A DNA stretch of 64,000 nucleotides from Vicugna vicugna (GCA_013265495.1 MU058423.1:6052939-6116938); one strand, 5' to 3'. Shown: positions 1-13,599, counted from the first letter of the stretch. Program-made: numbers and translations. Notes: generated by a model from the letters alone, not told the origin.

Positions 1-90
1 CTTCCTAATCATCACTTTTTGATGCTAGACCTTTAGTTATTTATGATCTCAATCCTAGTCAATATATTTTCTCTTTGCGAAGATTATACC

Positions 91-1940
91 TTTATTTTTT
101 CCAGCCTTATTGAGATAAACTTGAAAAAATAACATTGTATAAGCTTAAAGCATACAGTGTGATGATTTGATATACATATATATTTTGAAAAGATTACCAC
201 AATAAGGTTTTTAACACGTCCATCATTTCAAATGCAATCTCATATACTTACCTTTTATGTGTTGTGTGTGTGTGGCGAGAACATTTGAGATTTATTCTCT
301 TATATAATACTGTATTATTGACTACAATGATCGTGCTCTACATTAATACCCAGAACTTATCCATCTGTTAACTGAAAGTTTGTAACCTTTGACCAACAAC
401 TTCCATTTCTCCCACCTATGCCCAGCCCCAGCCAAACACCAATTTATTAAAAATGGAATCAGTTTTTTTAGATTTCACATATGAGATTACACAGCACTTG
501 ACTTTCTCTCCCTCACTAATTTCACTTAGTATAATATCTTCAAGTTTCATCCACATAACAAATGGCAGTATTTCCCTCTTCATGGCTAAGTAATATTTCA
601 TGTATATACACATACATTTTTTTCATCCCTTTATCCATCAGTATACACTTAGGTTGTTTCCATGTCTTGGCTACTGTGAATAATGCTGGAATAAATAGAT
701 AGTGACTTCATTTCCTTCAGATACATACCCAGAAGTAGTATTGCTGGATCCTATGGTAGTTTTTTAAAATAATTTTTGAGGAACTTCCATGCTGTTTTCC
801 ACAGAGGCTGTACCAATTTACATCCCCCCTCAAAATGCACAAGAGTTCCCTTTTCACCACATTCTCACCAGGATTTATTGTCTTCTCTTTTTAACAATAG
901 CCATCCTAACAAGTGTGTGATAATATTGCAATATGATTTTGATTTGCGTTTCCCTGATGTGACTAGTGTTGTTGATCACATAGTCATGTATTTCACCATT
1001 TATATATCTTTTTTTGAGAAAAATATCTATTCAGGTCCTTTGCCCATTTTAAAATTAGATTATTTTTTGCTGTTGAGTTATATGAGTTACTTATATATTT
1101 TGGATATAATAACTTATCAGATGGATGGTTTACAAATATTTTTTCCCGTTCCATAGGTTGCACTTTCATTTTTTTGATTGTTTCTTTTGCTGTGCAGAAG
1201 CCTTTTAGTTTGATGTAATCTCACTTGTTTATTATTGCATTTGTTTCTTGTGCATTTGGTGTCACTTCCAAAAACTCATTGCCAAGACCAATTTCAAGAA
1301 CCTTTTCCCCTATTTTCTTCTAGGAGTATTATAATTTCAGGTCATACACTCCAGACTTTAATCTATTTAGAGTTAATCTTTTGTAAGTGGTATGAGATAA
1401 GCATCTAGTTTTATTCTTTTACATGTGACTATATAATTTTACTAGCATCATTTATTGAAGAGGCTGTCTTTTCTCCATTGAGTTCTCTTGGCTCCCTTGT
1501 CAAATGCTAGTTGACCATATATACATGGGTTTATTTTTGACCTTATGATTCTGTTTCATTTGTCTATGTATTTGTTTTATACCAAAATTGTACTGTTTTG
1601 ATTACTTTGACTTTGTAATATAGTTTGAAATCAAGAAGTGTGATGCTGTCAGCTCTGTTCTTTCCTGAAATTGCTTTATCTAATTGAGGTCTTTTGTGGT
1701 TCCATACAAGTTTTAGGACTTTTTTTCTATTTCTGTGAAAAATGTTATTGCAATTTTGGTACTTATGGCTTTGATTCTATAGATTGCTTTGGGTAGTATG
1801 GACATTTTAACAATATTAATTCTTCCAATCCATGAACATGGATATCTCTCCACTTATTTGTGCCTTTTTCAATTTCTTTCATCAATGCCTTATAGTTTTT
1901 CAGTGTTTAGATCTTCATTCATCTCCCTGTTAAATTTATC
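91..1940 (-). mobile_element. L1 LINE 3' fragment (ORF2 C-terminal region + 3'UTR), L1MA9/L1MB-like, decayed
   Basis: ORF 416..613(-) KYYLAMKREILPFVMWMKLEDIILSEIS matches the L1 ORF2p C-terminus; antisense ORF2 sequence is continuous to ~1940; T-rich end near 91-100. Confidence 0.92.
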
Positions 1941-4529
1941 ACATCAGCTAAAAATGCTACAAGGGGAGATTTGACATATTACATGTGGAATGGAAGGTAT
2001 AGATTACTTTCCAATCTGAGGGATTGTACAGTGTTACTCTTGGAGCTCATAATGACTTCTTGATGCAAGGGAAATAGAGCATGGCATTTGGCATTTGCAG
2101 GGGGCTCCTATGCTGTCTTTGGTAAGCACCCAACTGCTAACTAATCCATAGTGTACATCATCTTATTTGTATAGCAGGTGTAGGAACAAGTGTATGTATT
2201 TTGAAAGGAATGGAATTATTGCAAACGTGGACAGATTAAAAGTAAGATTTTCAAGTTGGATAAGTCAACAATTTACAAGAGTATCTATGATAAAAAAGAT
2301 AGTTTACTTAACTATTGGTAGGTCAGAAATGGCATTTCATCCCATCTGGATATATGTTGAGGCAGTATGTTTTAAAACTTTGAAGTTCACATTTTAAAGT
2401 CATCTGAACACATGTTACAAACTAAAGAGAATGATTAATACTAAGACATCTTGCCCAATAACTGATTCCTTCTCCAATAATTGCTTAATGAAGTTTCAAA
2501 CTGTTTTGGGGGGGATGTGGAGGGAGAGTCTTGTACTATTTCATGGATATGTGCTCTCATATCATTTGTAGTTTCTTGTCTCTTTAACTTTGAATCATCA
2601 CCTTTGTGTTTAGTGCAAAAAGAATGGACTATGTTGTGTATTGTAACATTTTCTAGCAATATGCCTCTGGCTCTCTGAGGAATTCCCAGTAAATATGGTA
2701 ATATACACATACAGGAGAGGGAACACTCTTTACTGACAGACAAATAGATTTATTCTTACCTTTGAGGATAACATTTGAAAACAGAATTTCTGGGAACATT
2801 TCACAAAGTTTGTTCAAACAAACTGACAATAAAGTGAAAAAGGGAAGTACCCAATTCTTATTTTATGGAAAAGAGCATTGTATCTATTTGCATTTACTTA
2901 TTGAATAAAGGGCTGCAAGAATTATTGCTTGATGTCCACATTCTGTGGGTGGCCATTACTGTGTACTTTATTTCTTATTATTTTGATTGTTTATTTTAAG
3001 TATTGTTTCAAAAAATAAACAGGATCTGGGTTTTCAAATACTGCTTGTACTAATAATAGTAATAATGATTAGGATGATGATAAAAACAGTGATAACTTTA
3101 TCCTTTAAAACATATTGAGCATGTAATACTAAACTAAGATATTTGTGTATATTTTCATTTAATTATACAATTATAATTTAGGATTCCTGTTAGAACAAGG
3201 ACAAATATTTTCCAGTTCACCACTAAATTTAAACTGGAAACAAGTGTGCTAATTTTTTTCTATTTTGAATTAAAATATATCTGGTTCTGTCTAAACCCTA
3301 AAAATATTTTGGCAGATCTAATATTTTACCAGATATTCAATTAAGGAATGAGTAGTGCTCTTGAAATAGTATTATTATTTCCTTTTTTTAAAAAGTTTAC
3401 AGCACGTGTTTATAACAGAAGAAAACTGCCTCTTCAGTGAACTAGAAGGGAAAAAAAATGGAAAGAAGTCACTAAACTCTGTGCCTTATTTTACCCTGTC
3501 TCAGCTCTATACAGAAATTTTTATCCTTCTTTTAAGTTATCAGAACCAGCAGAACAGATTTTTAAATAGTCTATCTCCAGCTGTCTCCTTGTTTGGGTCC
3601 CTGGATGGTTTCTCTATGTGAAATGTCTTTCATCTTTTTTCAGGTGAGAGGTTTATTTGTAGACTTTCTACAAATGAAACCAACTAAAATCTCCTAAGCT
3701 CAGAAATGAGGCTTAGAACCATTTTGAAGGAGGCTGACTCATCCCAGCTGCTCAGCTGCAGAGCACTCACTGGGGCCCCACCACCTGCCACTCACACAAG
3801 GGGCGGCTGCCAATTAAAAGGAAGACAAGCAGGTTGGACCAACATAGGCAACAAGGTACCTCTCCCTTTCTCTTTACCAAATAGACACAACCTGGCATGT
3901 TAGGTGGAACTACGATGCTTTTTCTCATGTTATCAGGGGATCTGGGCCAGAATTCAACACACATGGTCACCTTTGTCTTTGGTCCCCTGGATTCTTCTTA
4001 TTTCCCCAATTTGGAACTAGCGTACATCTCTGTCCCATAAGACTTCTTCCCACTTACTGGTGAACTCATCATTTTCCCCTTCCTTTCTCATTATAACTTG
4101 TTCAGTTAAAAAAAGATGATATATTCATGATGAAAATTATGCATAGGGCTTAATCTCTTTTATGGTAATTTGTCATTTTATATGGGATAATATTCAAGAC
4201 CAAAGTAAAGCATACTTAATAATGGACTATCTGGGCAACATCAACAAAGTTGAAAAAATATTTTGGAAACATTGTAAATTAAAAAAAAATTAAGAATTAT
4301 TCATTTATTCTGTATATAAAATGTACACACATACGTAATGCTAAGTAACTGTGTATGTGTGTGTGTGTGCATGTGTGTGTATGGTAGTGATGGTAATGGT
4401 GGTGTGCAAAATGAGTATTTGGCAATTGATTTCAGTAAAAACAATTCTTAATATTCTGATGAGAAAATACTAAGTGGTGTCTCCTTTAGTTACAATTTCT
4501 CTCTTTCTATATTAATATTCACTGCCTTT

Positions 4530-6330
4530 CATTTCAGTCAGTATGACATAACAGACATCCTAAATGACCTTCTCGCTGAAAGCAACTAAAAGCGCTCAAT
4601 AAAATATTTTAAAATGGAAAGCTGGTCTGGCAAGAAAATAAGAAATTCTAGGAGGCTAAAAACAAAGAGCAGGAAACCTGGGACTTGAGCAGAAGGCAAG
4701 AGTGTTCTGAAGGTGGCTTTGCCCTGAGGATATCTGCCAAATGCTTGAGCAGCAATTACACAGGGTCAGATAATTGAAAGGACTCAATACTCCACAGGGT
4801 ATATACTCACATATGGTAAAATACATGGTACAGCAGGAGAAAGAAAAGCACAGGCAAACATCAGACAGGCCCAAGACTTAATATATATACAGCTCCCAGA
4901 GTCCTTTCTTAGTACACAGCTCACATTTTGTCATCAGATTGTTGATCACTACGTGGTGGGGAGGGGGACTTTAGGTCTTAGGGGCATCTTTGCCTCACTC
5001 AGGGAGAAGGGACTTTTACATCCCTCTGTTAATGTAGCCAAAACTAGTCTGTATTACTATGTTCAGCAGTGGGATCCAAGAGAACAAACAGAAACCAGGT
5101 ACAAGCCATCAGTCTGTTCATTTTCTATAAACAATGCCCATAGGCTGGTGCAACTTGCCTTCTGGTTTGTCTCAAATCCGGCACAGGACTACACTAACCA
5201 TTAGTATGATTTAGTTAGGTTTGGCCAAGGCTTCAGATGCCCCTGGAAATAAGCATGAGTTTGCAACAGATTAGCTGAAATTCATTCTATACCTACACAA
5301 ATTAGAATTTCTTGAGGGCTCTGTGGGAATCAAGGGACAGAAGGTGAAGTCTTGGGCTAGGCAAACTTGGTGGAGAATCTAATAGGAAACAATTTATCTT
5401 TAGCTAGAACCCAAATATACATTCTCTTTGTAAGGATTAAATAGAAATACATGATGTATGTGTATAGAATATATAGAAAGAAAGAACAACAACAAAAAAC
5501 AATGCCTGTGTCAACCTGGGCCCTTGGAAGAAGGGGAAAAGTCTTTGCTGGGGATTCATAATTTTATGACCCTCATTTGAATTTGTGGTCCAAACTTGGT
5601 GAAATGAAAATTTATGTCTGGAGGAACAGAAATAATTCTTTACTCAAGATTCATTCCTTGATACCAAAATCAAAATATAAATCTCACAGTCCCATGAGCT
5701 CTAAAACCATAAAGCACACAAGGAAGCTAAGAAGCATTAATGTTAGGCAGCAGAAATCGTAGGCAGCATATATACTTATACTTACTTACAAGTAAACTTA
5801 CATATACTTAAGATATTGCAGTTTATCAGACGTGGGACATGAAGGAAATATGTTTATCTTGTTTAAAGAAACAATGTAGCTGTTAGTTTAAAGATAAAAT
5901 AGGAGAAACAAAATACCATGAAACATTGTCCACGTGTGTGGGCAGCTGAGAGGGAGCAGGTGGTGGGAACCTGCCTGGACCTCAGTGTGGCTCCTCCCCC
6001 GTGGCCCCCAGAGGGACTGAACCTGGGGCCTCTGAGCCCCACCACAGAACTCATTTTCGTCTAGAGATCCTCTGTCACATGGCAGAAGAACATATGGGGT
6101 GTCAGAGGCTAAAAGGAGATAGAACAAGTGAAAGATAAATTAAGGGACTAGGAAGAGTGAAAACACTCAGCACATCTATATGGAATTTTAGAAGGAGACA
6201 GCTAGAAGATGGGATGGAATCTTTATTTACAGGGAAAATGAGAGAATAGTCCAAAACTGATGAGAAAATGTTTAATATTTGGGCATCCCAATGAATTCCA
6301 AGCAGAATAAATAAAAGCAAATGTCACTTA
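4530..6330 (+). mobile_element. Old L1/HAL1-type 5' end and ORF1 remnants, interrupted by other inserts
   Basis: A-rich ORF1-like sequence at 6110-6320 (...gaattccaagcagaataaataaaagc) and 5'-end-like sequence at 4530-4760; highly diverged. Confidence 0.5.
4780..5250 (-). mobile_element. LTR remnant, MER77/MER68/MER21-like
   Basis: tatactcac...cagagtcctttc and aaaccaggtacaagccatcagtc...aaacaat resemble the antisense of this LTR group. Confidence 0.4.
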
Positions 6331-8976
6331 TGAAAATGTAGATAGCCAAAGTATATATGTTTGCTATTTTATCAAAACACTTCATAATAAACATACAGGT
6401 TATATATACATCTGGACCGTGCAGATGACAGGAAGTGTAAAAGGAATTACTATTTCATTAGTCTTAGCTGACCATTTTTCCTGCTGTCAGTTTGTAGCAT
6501 CTTTGCTTCTTATGCAATAATCACTTGTAAACAAAAACCAATATCCAGAGTTTGTTGAAGCAAACACATTTCCATTGCTTCCTTATCAATATTTCACTTC
6601 TCAGTAGCAGGGTCAAAGACTTTTATTCTCACAGAGCTGGAGGAGGCAATATATTTTTTAAAATTCAGACAGAAGTGGAAACGACTTGTCATTTATCTTC
6701 TTCTCAGTACAAATTTTATTTGGAGAGGAAAGCAAGATTTCCCTAAGTACCTCAAAGGAGGTGAGATAGAGACCAAAGCCAGCTAAGGGGTGAGAGTGGG
6801 CTGTGCTCTAAGAAGAAAGAAGGGATATTAAATGGAAACAATTTTGCCTAGGAGACACTCGCCTTTCAAATGTCGGCCTGGGGATTACTAGATCTGCAGT
6901 CTTTAAAGTGGTAGTCACTGAGGCTCAAAGCTGAGGATGCTAGGTTCTTAAGACTAAAGGTTGCTATGCTATCCTAATATAACCTTTGTATTGGCAAATG
7001 ATAGAAAAAGCCTAACTTTCATGCTTTGATTCAGAAAGAACTAATCCTTCCAATCAGTGCTTTTTTTTTCTTAGCAGATAGTACCACTGTATCACATAAT
7101 AACCAGGAATATAAATGATAAGTTTTGCATATTATAGACTGCTAACATCTTTTGCTTGTCAAATCTACAATACTGCCCATAGTACTGTCACCGCTTATTA
7201 TTAATTTATCTTTCAAAATGACAAAGGTACCACATATACTAAATGCAAAGCGAAAGTGGCAGAGTCCTTTTTGCAACCCAAATGAATATATCATTGTCAT
7301 TGAGCAATTCTCTGCGTTCAGTTGAATTTTTTCTAGAACGACTAGGCTGTTAAAGGAGGGTGAAAATGGAGACAGCTCATTGACTTTGCATGCATACATC
7401 TATACCACTTTAATCTTGCACAGAAAAGGTCAAGCATAAAAGTTATTTGCTTGGAGCAGCTGTCCTCAGAGATTTGAATTAACATAGATGGAGATTACCA
7501 CAAGGGAAAAAAGTTAATTTTACTTTAATTGGATTAAGCAGGTCCCATCCATACTGAGAGGATGAGCTTACAAAAGACTAGAAACTGCTAGGTTGACAGA
7601 AAGGGATTAATTCATGGGCTAGCGTCAGGTTGTTGACTAATAACATATTGATCGTATCTATAAGATATGCAGAATGTCTGTCAGGAAGAGAGACACTTTG
7701 GAATTGAAGATCGCTAGCCTATCTGACATGATCAAGGCTAGATTAATATTATTAAGGAGCTGCAGGTGAGCTGCATATTGCCTTAGCAACCACAGACATT
7801 TTTTACACGTGTCTGGGACTGACCATCATAAACAGTAGCAATGCTTGTCGGTTAGAGGGAAGTGACTGATTTGTGTGGCTGCTTCCCCCCACCCTCTCCT
7901 GTCTTTAGTGTGTTCCAGCAGACATATTGAACCAAGCAGTTTAATCCCAGTGGAGCCTGCAGGTGGTATTGTCCTTGCATTGCGGAGTTATTAAATTCTT
8001 AAGGTCACCATAAAAAAGGTTCCATTAAATTGAGTTAATAAAAACATTGGGCAAAGGTTTGCAAAGAGCACAGATGTCAAAGCTTTGGGAATTGGAATGT
8101 CTCTTATAATATCAGACTAAAAGAATAATTTAAATCACGCTATAGTATAAAGAAGATAAAAATTCCCTATTCTTCAATAAATGTGAAAGTTTTGTACCGA
8201 ATACACATGTGTATTCATATATGAATACTTACATGACATGTATTTCTTTGAACATTTTGTTTGCCATTCCATGTATATATTTATTTGTTTTCTTTTTTTT
8301 TTCTGTTGAGACCAACTTTGTTTAATAATTGAGACACCTAGAAATAGCACCTGATAGTAAAAACCCAGTGAATTTCTGGAAATGTGTGTGTGTGTGAAAA
8401 CCGATTTTTTTTTTAAGGGAAAAAAAGATGAAAGGAAACCTGACACTTGATTTAGGATGACCCTTGTTCTTGCCTGGATGGAGTATGTGGATGTGGGTTG
8501 AAAAAAGTGTTTAGCATTTTGTTTGAATGATACAGCTACTGAGATTCTTCAATATACAACCTGTACATCCATGGCATTAATGGTATACAATGTGTGGAAG
8601 TTTGGTTATTCCCTCTGTATCCCACTTACCTGTGGGTTTACAACAGTCTGCATCCTCTTCCATTTCTTATGGATATATTAGCAAGGTGGTATTGTCATAA
8701 ACATTCTAGGGACTGAGGGAATCAGTACTCAGTCTGTCCAATCATTAAATTTTAATATTCTATATTTTCAGAGAAAATTAAAAGAGGAATCTTGTGGTCA
8801 ATGTATGACTTTTTAGAATGAATTTATCAAACACTTTTTAATGACCTGCTCTAGAAATGAATGCTACTTCTTAACTAAAATCTCATCTCTAGTTTTTCTG
8901 ATGTGTGAGACCAACCAAATAGTCTATAGTTCCTAGACTTAATTGTACTCTTTAGCTATATGACTATGTCCTCAAT

Positions 8977-9699
8977 TAGGGCTAGCTACATCATTTTTGG
9001 GACCTACACTAAATTGAAAATATGTGGGATGTAAGGGAAAGGGTGTGTTCAAAGAGAAGGAAAAATGTATATTGAATATACTAATATATAAAATGTTTTC
9101 TTTTTCTGTCTCTTTAGACTTATCACCTTGGTTTTGTATTTGCTAATTAAAGTTGTTCTAAGTGAAGAAAATTAAAATTTTAATTATTAACATAAATTAT
9201 ACTGTTCACATTTATTTTGTTCAATATCAGCTGTAAAAGCAAATATGAGGACATTTCATGTGTATGAGGAATCATGGAAATAGTACAATTTATATTTCAT
9301 AGCTAACACATGCATATGTAGTTCATTCTTGGCAAAAGAGGAGAAACCTTCACAAAACTTATTCAACTATTTTTTCATTTCACTTCTTGATATGCACACA
9401 TTCTACCAATACTGTTTTACATCAGTTTACTGATGATTAAAGAGGGACTGAAAAGAAAAGAATCTATGAGTTCCTTTATCTTTCCCTTTCCTTCTATGTC
9501 ATCGTTTTAGCATAAATGGATACAGGGACTTAGCATTAGTAGGAAGGATAAGACAGAGTTCCCTGGTTGTTCCAATTTCTTAAAACACCATTGCCTTCTT
9601 TATGAATTCAAAAAAGTTCTGATCAAACAGAAAGCTTGATCTCTCTGAACTATTAGTGCCCTCACTTCCTCAGTCGCAGAAAAACATGCTTACCTTGTA
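8977..9699 (-). mobile_element. MER45B (hAT-Tip100) non-autonomous DNA transposon, left part
   Basis: Begins tagggctagctacatcatttttgggacc (cf. MER45 terminus CAGGGCCAGCTACATAATTTGCGGGGCCC); colinear up to taccttgTA, where Tigger1 interrupts. Confidence 0.85.
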
Positions 9700-11985
9700 C
9701 AGAGCTATTGTGGAGATACTGTCAGCTTCCAGACCATTACAATAAAATGAGTATCACAATAAAATGAGTCACACAAATTTCTTTGGTTTCTCAGTGCAAT
9801 ACAAGTTATGATCATATAACACTGTAGTCTATTAAGTGTGTAAAAGTATTATATCTAAAAAATTTACATACTTTAATTGAAGTATACTTTATTTCTAAAA
9901 ACTGCTAACCATCATCAGAACCCTCTGTGAGCATCCTCTTTTTTGCTCGGAGGGTCTTGGCTCCATGTTGATGGCTGCTGACTGATCAGGGTGGTGGTTA
10001 ATGAAGGCTGGCGTGGATGTGGCAATTTCTTATGTAAGACAGCAATAAAATTTGCCACATCAATTGACCCTTCTTTTCATGAACAGTTTCCCTGTAGCAT
10101 GCAAGTCTGTTTGATAGCATTTTACCCACAGTGGGATATCTTTCAAAATTGGAGTCAATCCTCTCAAACCTGTCACAGCTATAGCAACTAAGTTTATGCA
10201 ATATTCTAAATCCTTTGTTGTCATTTCAACAATCTTAACAGCATCTTCACAGGAGTAGATTCCATTTCAAGAAACTATAAGAAGCAACTCCTCATCCATT
10301 TAAATTTTATCGTGAGGTTGCAGCAATTCAGTCACATCTTCGGGCTCCAATTCTAATTCCAGTTCTCTTGCTATTTCCACCACATTTGAAGTTACTTTAT
10401 TCACTGAAGTCTTGAACCCCTCAAAGTCATTTATGAGGGTTGGAATTAACTTCTTTCCAACTCCTGTAAATGTTGATATTTTGATCTCTTCCCATGAATC
10501 ACAAATGTTCTTAATGGCATCTGCATGGTGAATAGTTTTCAGATAATTTCCAATTTCCTTTGCCCAGATCCATCAGAGGAATCACTATCTATGGCAGCTA
10601 TAGCCTCACAAAAAATATTTCTTAAATAATAAGACTTGAAAGTTGAAATAACTCTTTGATTCTTGGACTGCAGAATGGATACTTAGCAGGCATGAAAGCA
10701 ACATTAATCTTGTACATCTTTAACAGAACTCTTGGGTGACCAGCTACATGGTCATGAAGCATTAATATTTTGAAAGAAATATTTTTCTCTGAGCAGTAGG
10801 TCTCAACAGTGGGCTTAAAATATTAAGTAAACCATTTTGCAAACAGATAGGCTGTCATCCAGGCTTTGTCATTCCACTTATAGAGCACAGGTAGAGCAGA
10901 GGTAGCATAATTCTTAAGGGCACTAGGATTGCTGGAATGGTAAATGAGCAACGGCTTCAACTTAAAGTCACCAGCTATGTTAGCCCGTAACAAGAGAGTC
11001 AGCCTGTCCTTTGAAGTTTGAAGGAAGGTGTTGACTTCTGCTCTCTAACTGTGAAAGTCTTAAATGACATCTTCTTCCAATAGGAGGCTATTTCATCTAC
11101 ATTGAAAATCTGTTGTGTAGTATGGCCACCTTCATTAATTATCTTCTAGATAACTTTCTGTATTTTCTACACCATGCTTCACCATGAATTTTTCATGCTA
11201 GGGAGATAGCTTTTTTCCTTAAACCTCGTGAACCAACCTTTGCTGGCTTCAGACTTTCCTTCTGCAGCTTCCCCACCTCTCTCAGCCTTCATAGAACTGA
11301 AGAGGGTTAGGGCCTTGCTCAGGATTAGGATTTGGCTTAAGGGAATGTGGTGGCTGGGTTGATCTTCTATCCAGACCATTAAAACTTTCTCCATGTCAGT
11401 AAGAAGGCTGTTTCATCCTCTTATCATTTGTGTGTTCACTGGAGTAGCACTTTTAATTTCCTTCAAGAATTTTTCCTTTGTAATCACAACTTGGCTGACT
11501 GGTGCAAGATGCCTAGCTTTTGGCCTCTCCCAGCTTCTGACATGCTTTTATCACTAAACTTAATCATTTCTAGCTTTTGACTTAAAGTGAGAGACATATG
11601 ACTCTTCCTTTGACTTAAACACTTAGAGGTTATTGTAGGGTTATCAATTGGCCTAATTTCAATATTGTTGTATCTCAGGGAATAGGAAGAACTAAGGGGA
11701 GGGAGGGAGATGGGGAAACAGCTAGCCAGTGGAGCTGTCAGAGCTCACACAACATTTGTGGATTAATTTTGTTGTCTTATATGGACATGGCTTGTGGTGT
11801 CCCCAAATAACTACAATAGTTACATCAGTGATCACTGATCACAGATCACCATGAGAAGTTTATAATTTTACAAGGTTTAAAATCTTGCAAGAATTACCAA
11901 AAAGTGACACAGAGATGTGAAAAAGAAAACAAGGAATATCTGTGAAGCACAACAAAATGATGCACAATACAATGAGGTATGCCTG
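9700..11985 (-). mobile_element. Tigger1 (TcMar-Tigger) DNA transposon, near full length, transposase inactivated
   Basis: Termini cagagctattgtggagatact... and ...aatgaggtatgcctg; TA at 9698-9699 and CA at 11986-11987; transposase-like ORF 11179..11394(-). Confidence 0.96.
11179..11633 (-). pseudogene. Decayed Tigger1 transposase N-terminus (CENP-B-type HTH region)
   Basis: [62 protein letters not shown] matches the Tigger1/TIGD1-family transposase; start codon reads ATA at 11633; disrupted downstream. Confidence 0.9.
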
Positions 11986-11987
11986 CA

Positions 11988-12228
11988 CTTGCTCTGAGAC
12001 ACACAGAGGGTCCACCACAACTCTATGCAAATGAGACGATGTGAAGCTATGTGCATGTCATGCAGCAAGAAATGGCAGACACATACATTGTGCATATTGC
12101 CTCTGCTCACAGGCGTATTCAATTGTCTCATGAGACTTCATTAACAAAACAGATGTTCGAAGAAAAAACTATTAAGCATTTCAAAAGAATGACCGAAGAT
12201 TATTAAAGCAAATGTGAGGCTGTTCTGT
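11988..12228 (-). mobile_element. MER45B, right part (continuation after Tigger1)
   Basis: cttgctctgagac...gcctctgctcacagg...gagacttcattaacaaaacag resumes the MER45B consensus after the TA site. Confidence 0.8.
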
Positions 12229-12299
12229 AATTTCCTCTATAACTACATTTACATTTGATCTGAGTCCTGCAGTTATTTGTACAGTGCACCAAAATATTC

Positions 12300-12694
12300 A
12301 ATTTTTTTCTTTGCTACACTTTCATCTTCGTTGGCCGATTGACTCTTGATTATCTGGTTTTGTAAAGTGACACATTGATTTATTACTAGGACCCAAAAAA
12401 GAAACACAACTACGCACTTTGCCATCTGTGAGTGAACTGAGGAACAAATGAACAGTGACCAATCGGTGACAGATTTTGAAAAAAGTGACATGATTACTCA
12501 CTGAAAGTGATAGCATCTTGTATGTTTACATAGACATTTATGGACAAAAGAGCTTGCATCAAAGTTAGTATGTTCCATGTTTACTCACAGTTAGTGTACT
12601 ATGGTAACTGTAAATTGAACAATGCTGTTGGGTAACTAGTGTTATTTAACTGTTATTTGTGCATGTTAGAACCAGGCAAAATGAGAACCACCTG
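12300..12694 (-). mobile_element. Tigger13a-like DNA transposon fragment
   Basis: Ends gtgcatgttagaaccaggcaaaatgagaaccacctg (Tigger terminus); internal cagtgaccaatcggtgacagattttgaa and ctttcatcttcgttggcc. Confidence 0.75.
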
Positions 12695-12714
12695 AATGTA
12701 CTGTCTTTTACCTT

Positions 12715-13130
12715 TTCATGGTGTCAAGAATCTAGGAGTGGCTTAAAGGTTCTGGTTCAGGATTTCTCAGGAAGTGGCAGTTGAGATATCAGCTTGGGCT
12801 CCAATCATACAGGCTTAAATGGGACTGGAGGATTTACTTGCAAGATGGCTTACTACCACACCTTGGCAAGCTGGGGCTAGTTGTTGGCAGATCCTCTCAT
12901 GGACCTCTCCACACGGCTGCTTAAATGTCCTCATAACAAGGCAGTAGGCTATTCCAAGGGTAAGTCATCCCAGAGAGAAAGATGGAAGTGTCACACCTTT
13001 TTTGATCTAGCATGAGAAGCCACACACCATTATTTCCACAATGTCCTACTGATTGCAGTTCAGCAAGGGAGGGAAGGAGGTGTGGGAATGTCAGAATCAC
13101 TGGGGACCATCTTGGACACTGAATACTACG
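12715..13130 (-). mobile_element. MLT1 (ERVL-MaLR) solo LTR, MLT1F/G/H-like
   Basis: gggactggaggatttacttgcaagatggct...ggacctctccacacggctgctt...ggggaccatcttgga, typical of antisense MLT1. Confidence 0.8.
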
Positions 13131-13599
13131 TGTAGCAACGCAGAAATGGGAGATGTTAAAATACAAAAAAAAAAAAAATAAGCCAAACAAACCCACTTGT
13201 GACTTAGATGGATTGGAGCAGAGGTTATTTTAATAATTTAATAATAGTAACCCTCTTCTAATGCTTTTAGGAGACAGAAAATATTAGATATTTAGTAAAC
13301 CTAGTTAAATATAATAACATATATTCCCCACTTATATACACTAAAATTTAAGGTTCCTCAAATCATGCCCTAAATCTAATTTAGCTTCATGTGTATAGAA
13401 TTTAAAATAGGGTTTAGTTTATGAAACATGATTAACAGATGCTTCTTAAGGATCTCAGCAATTGAGGAGTAAAACTTGTATCTAATATCTTCCAATTGTT
13501 AGGATAATGCTAATGATTTTATGCTCTTCACTTGCTTAATTTTGGCTTAGTATATTTTCCTATAGGGGAAATTTTTAGATATAAGAAAGAGTAAGAAAA

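Noticed and set aside
776..1156. 126-aa + strand ORF
   Set aside because: Antisense reading of L1 ORF2
2441..2743. 100-aa minus-strand ORF
   Set aside because: Non-ATG start, no recognisable homology or convincing exon structure
11179..11394. TIGD1-like ORF as a domesticated transposase gene
   Set aside because: Part of a decayed Tigger1 with a mutated start codon and a disrupted frame
11824..11839. 16-bp palindrome ATCAGTGATCACTGAT
   Set aside because: Derived from the near-palindromic Tigger1 sequence
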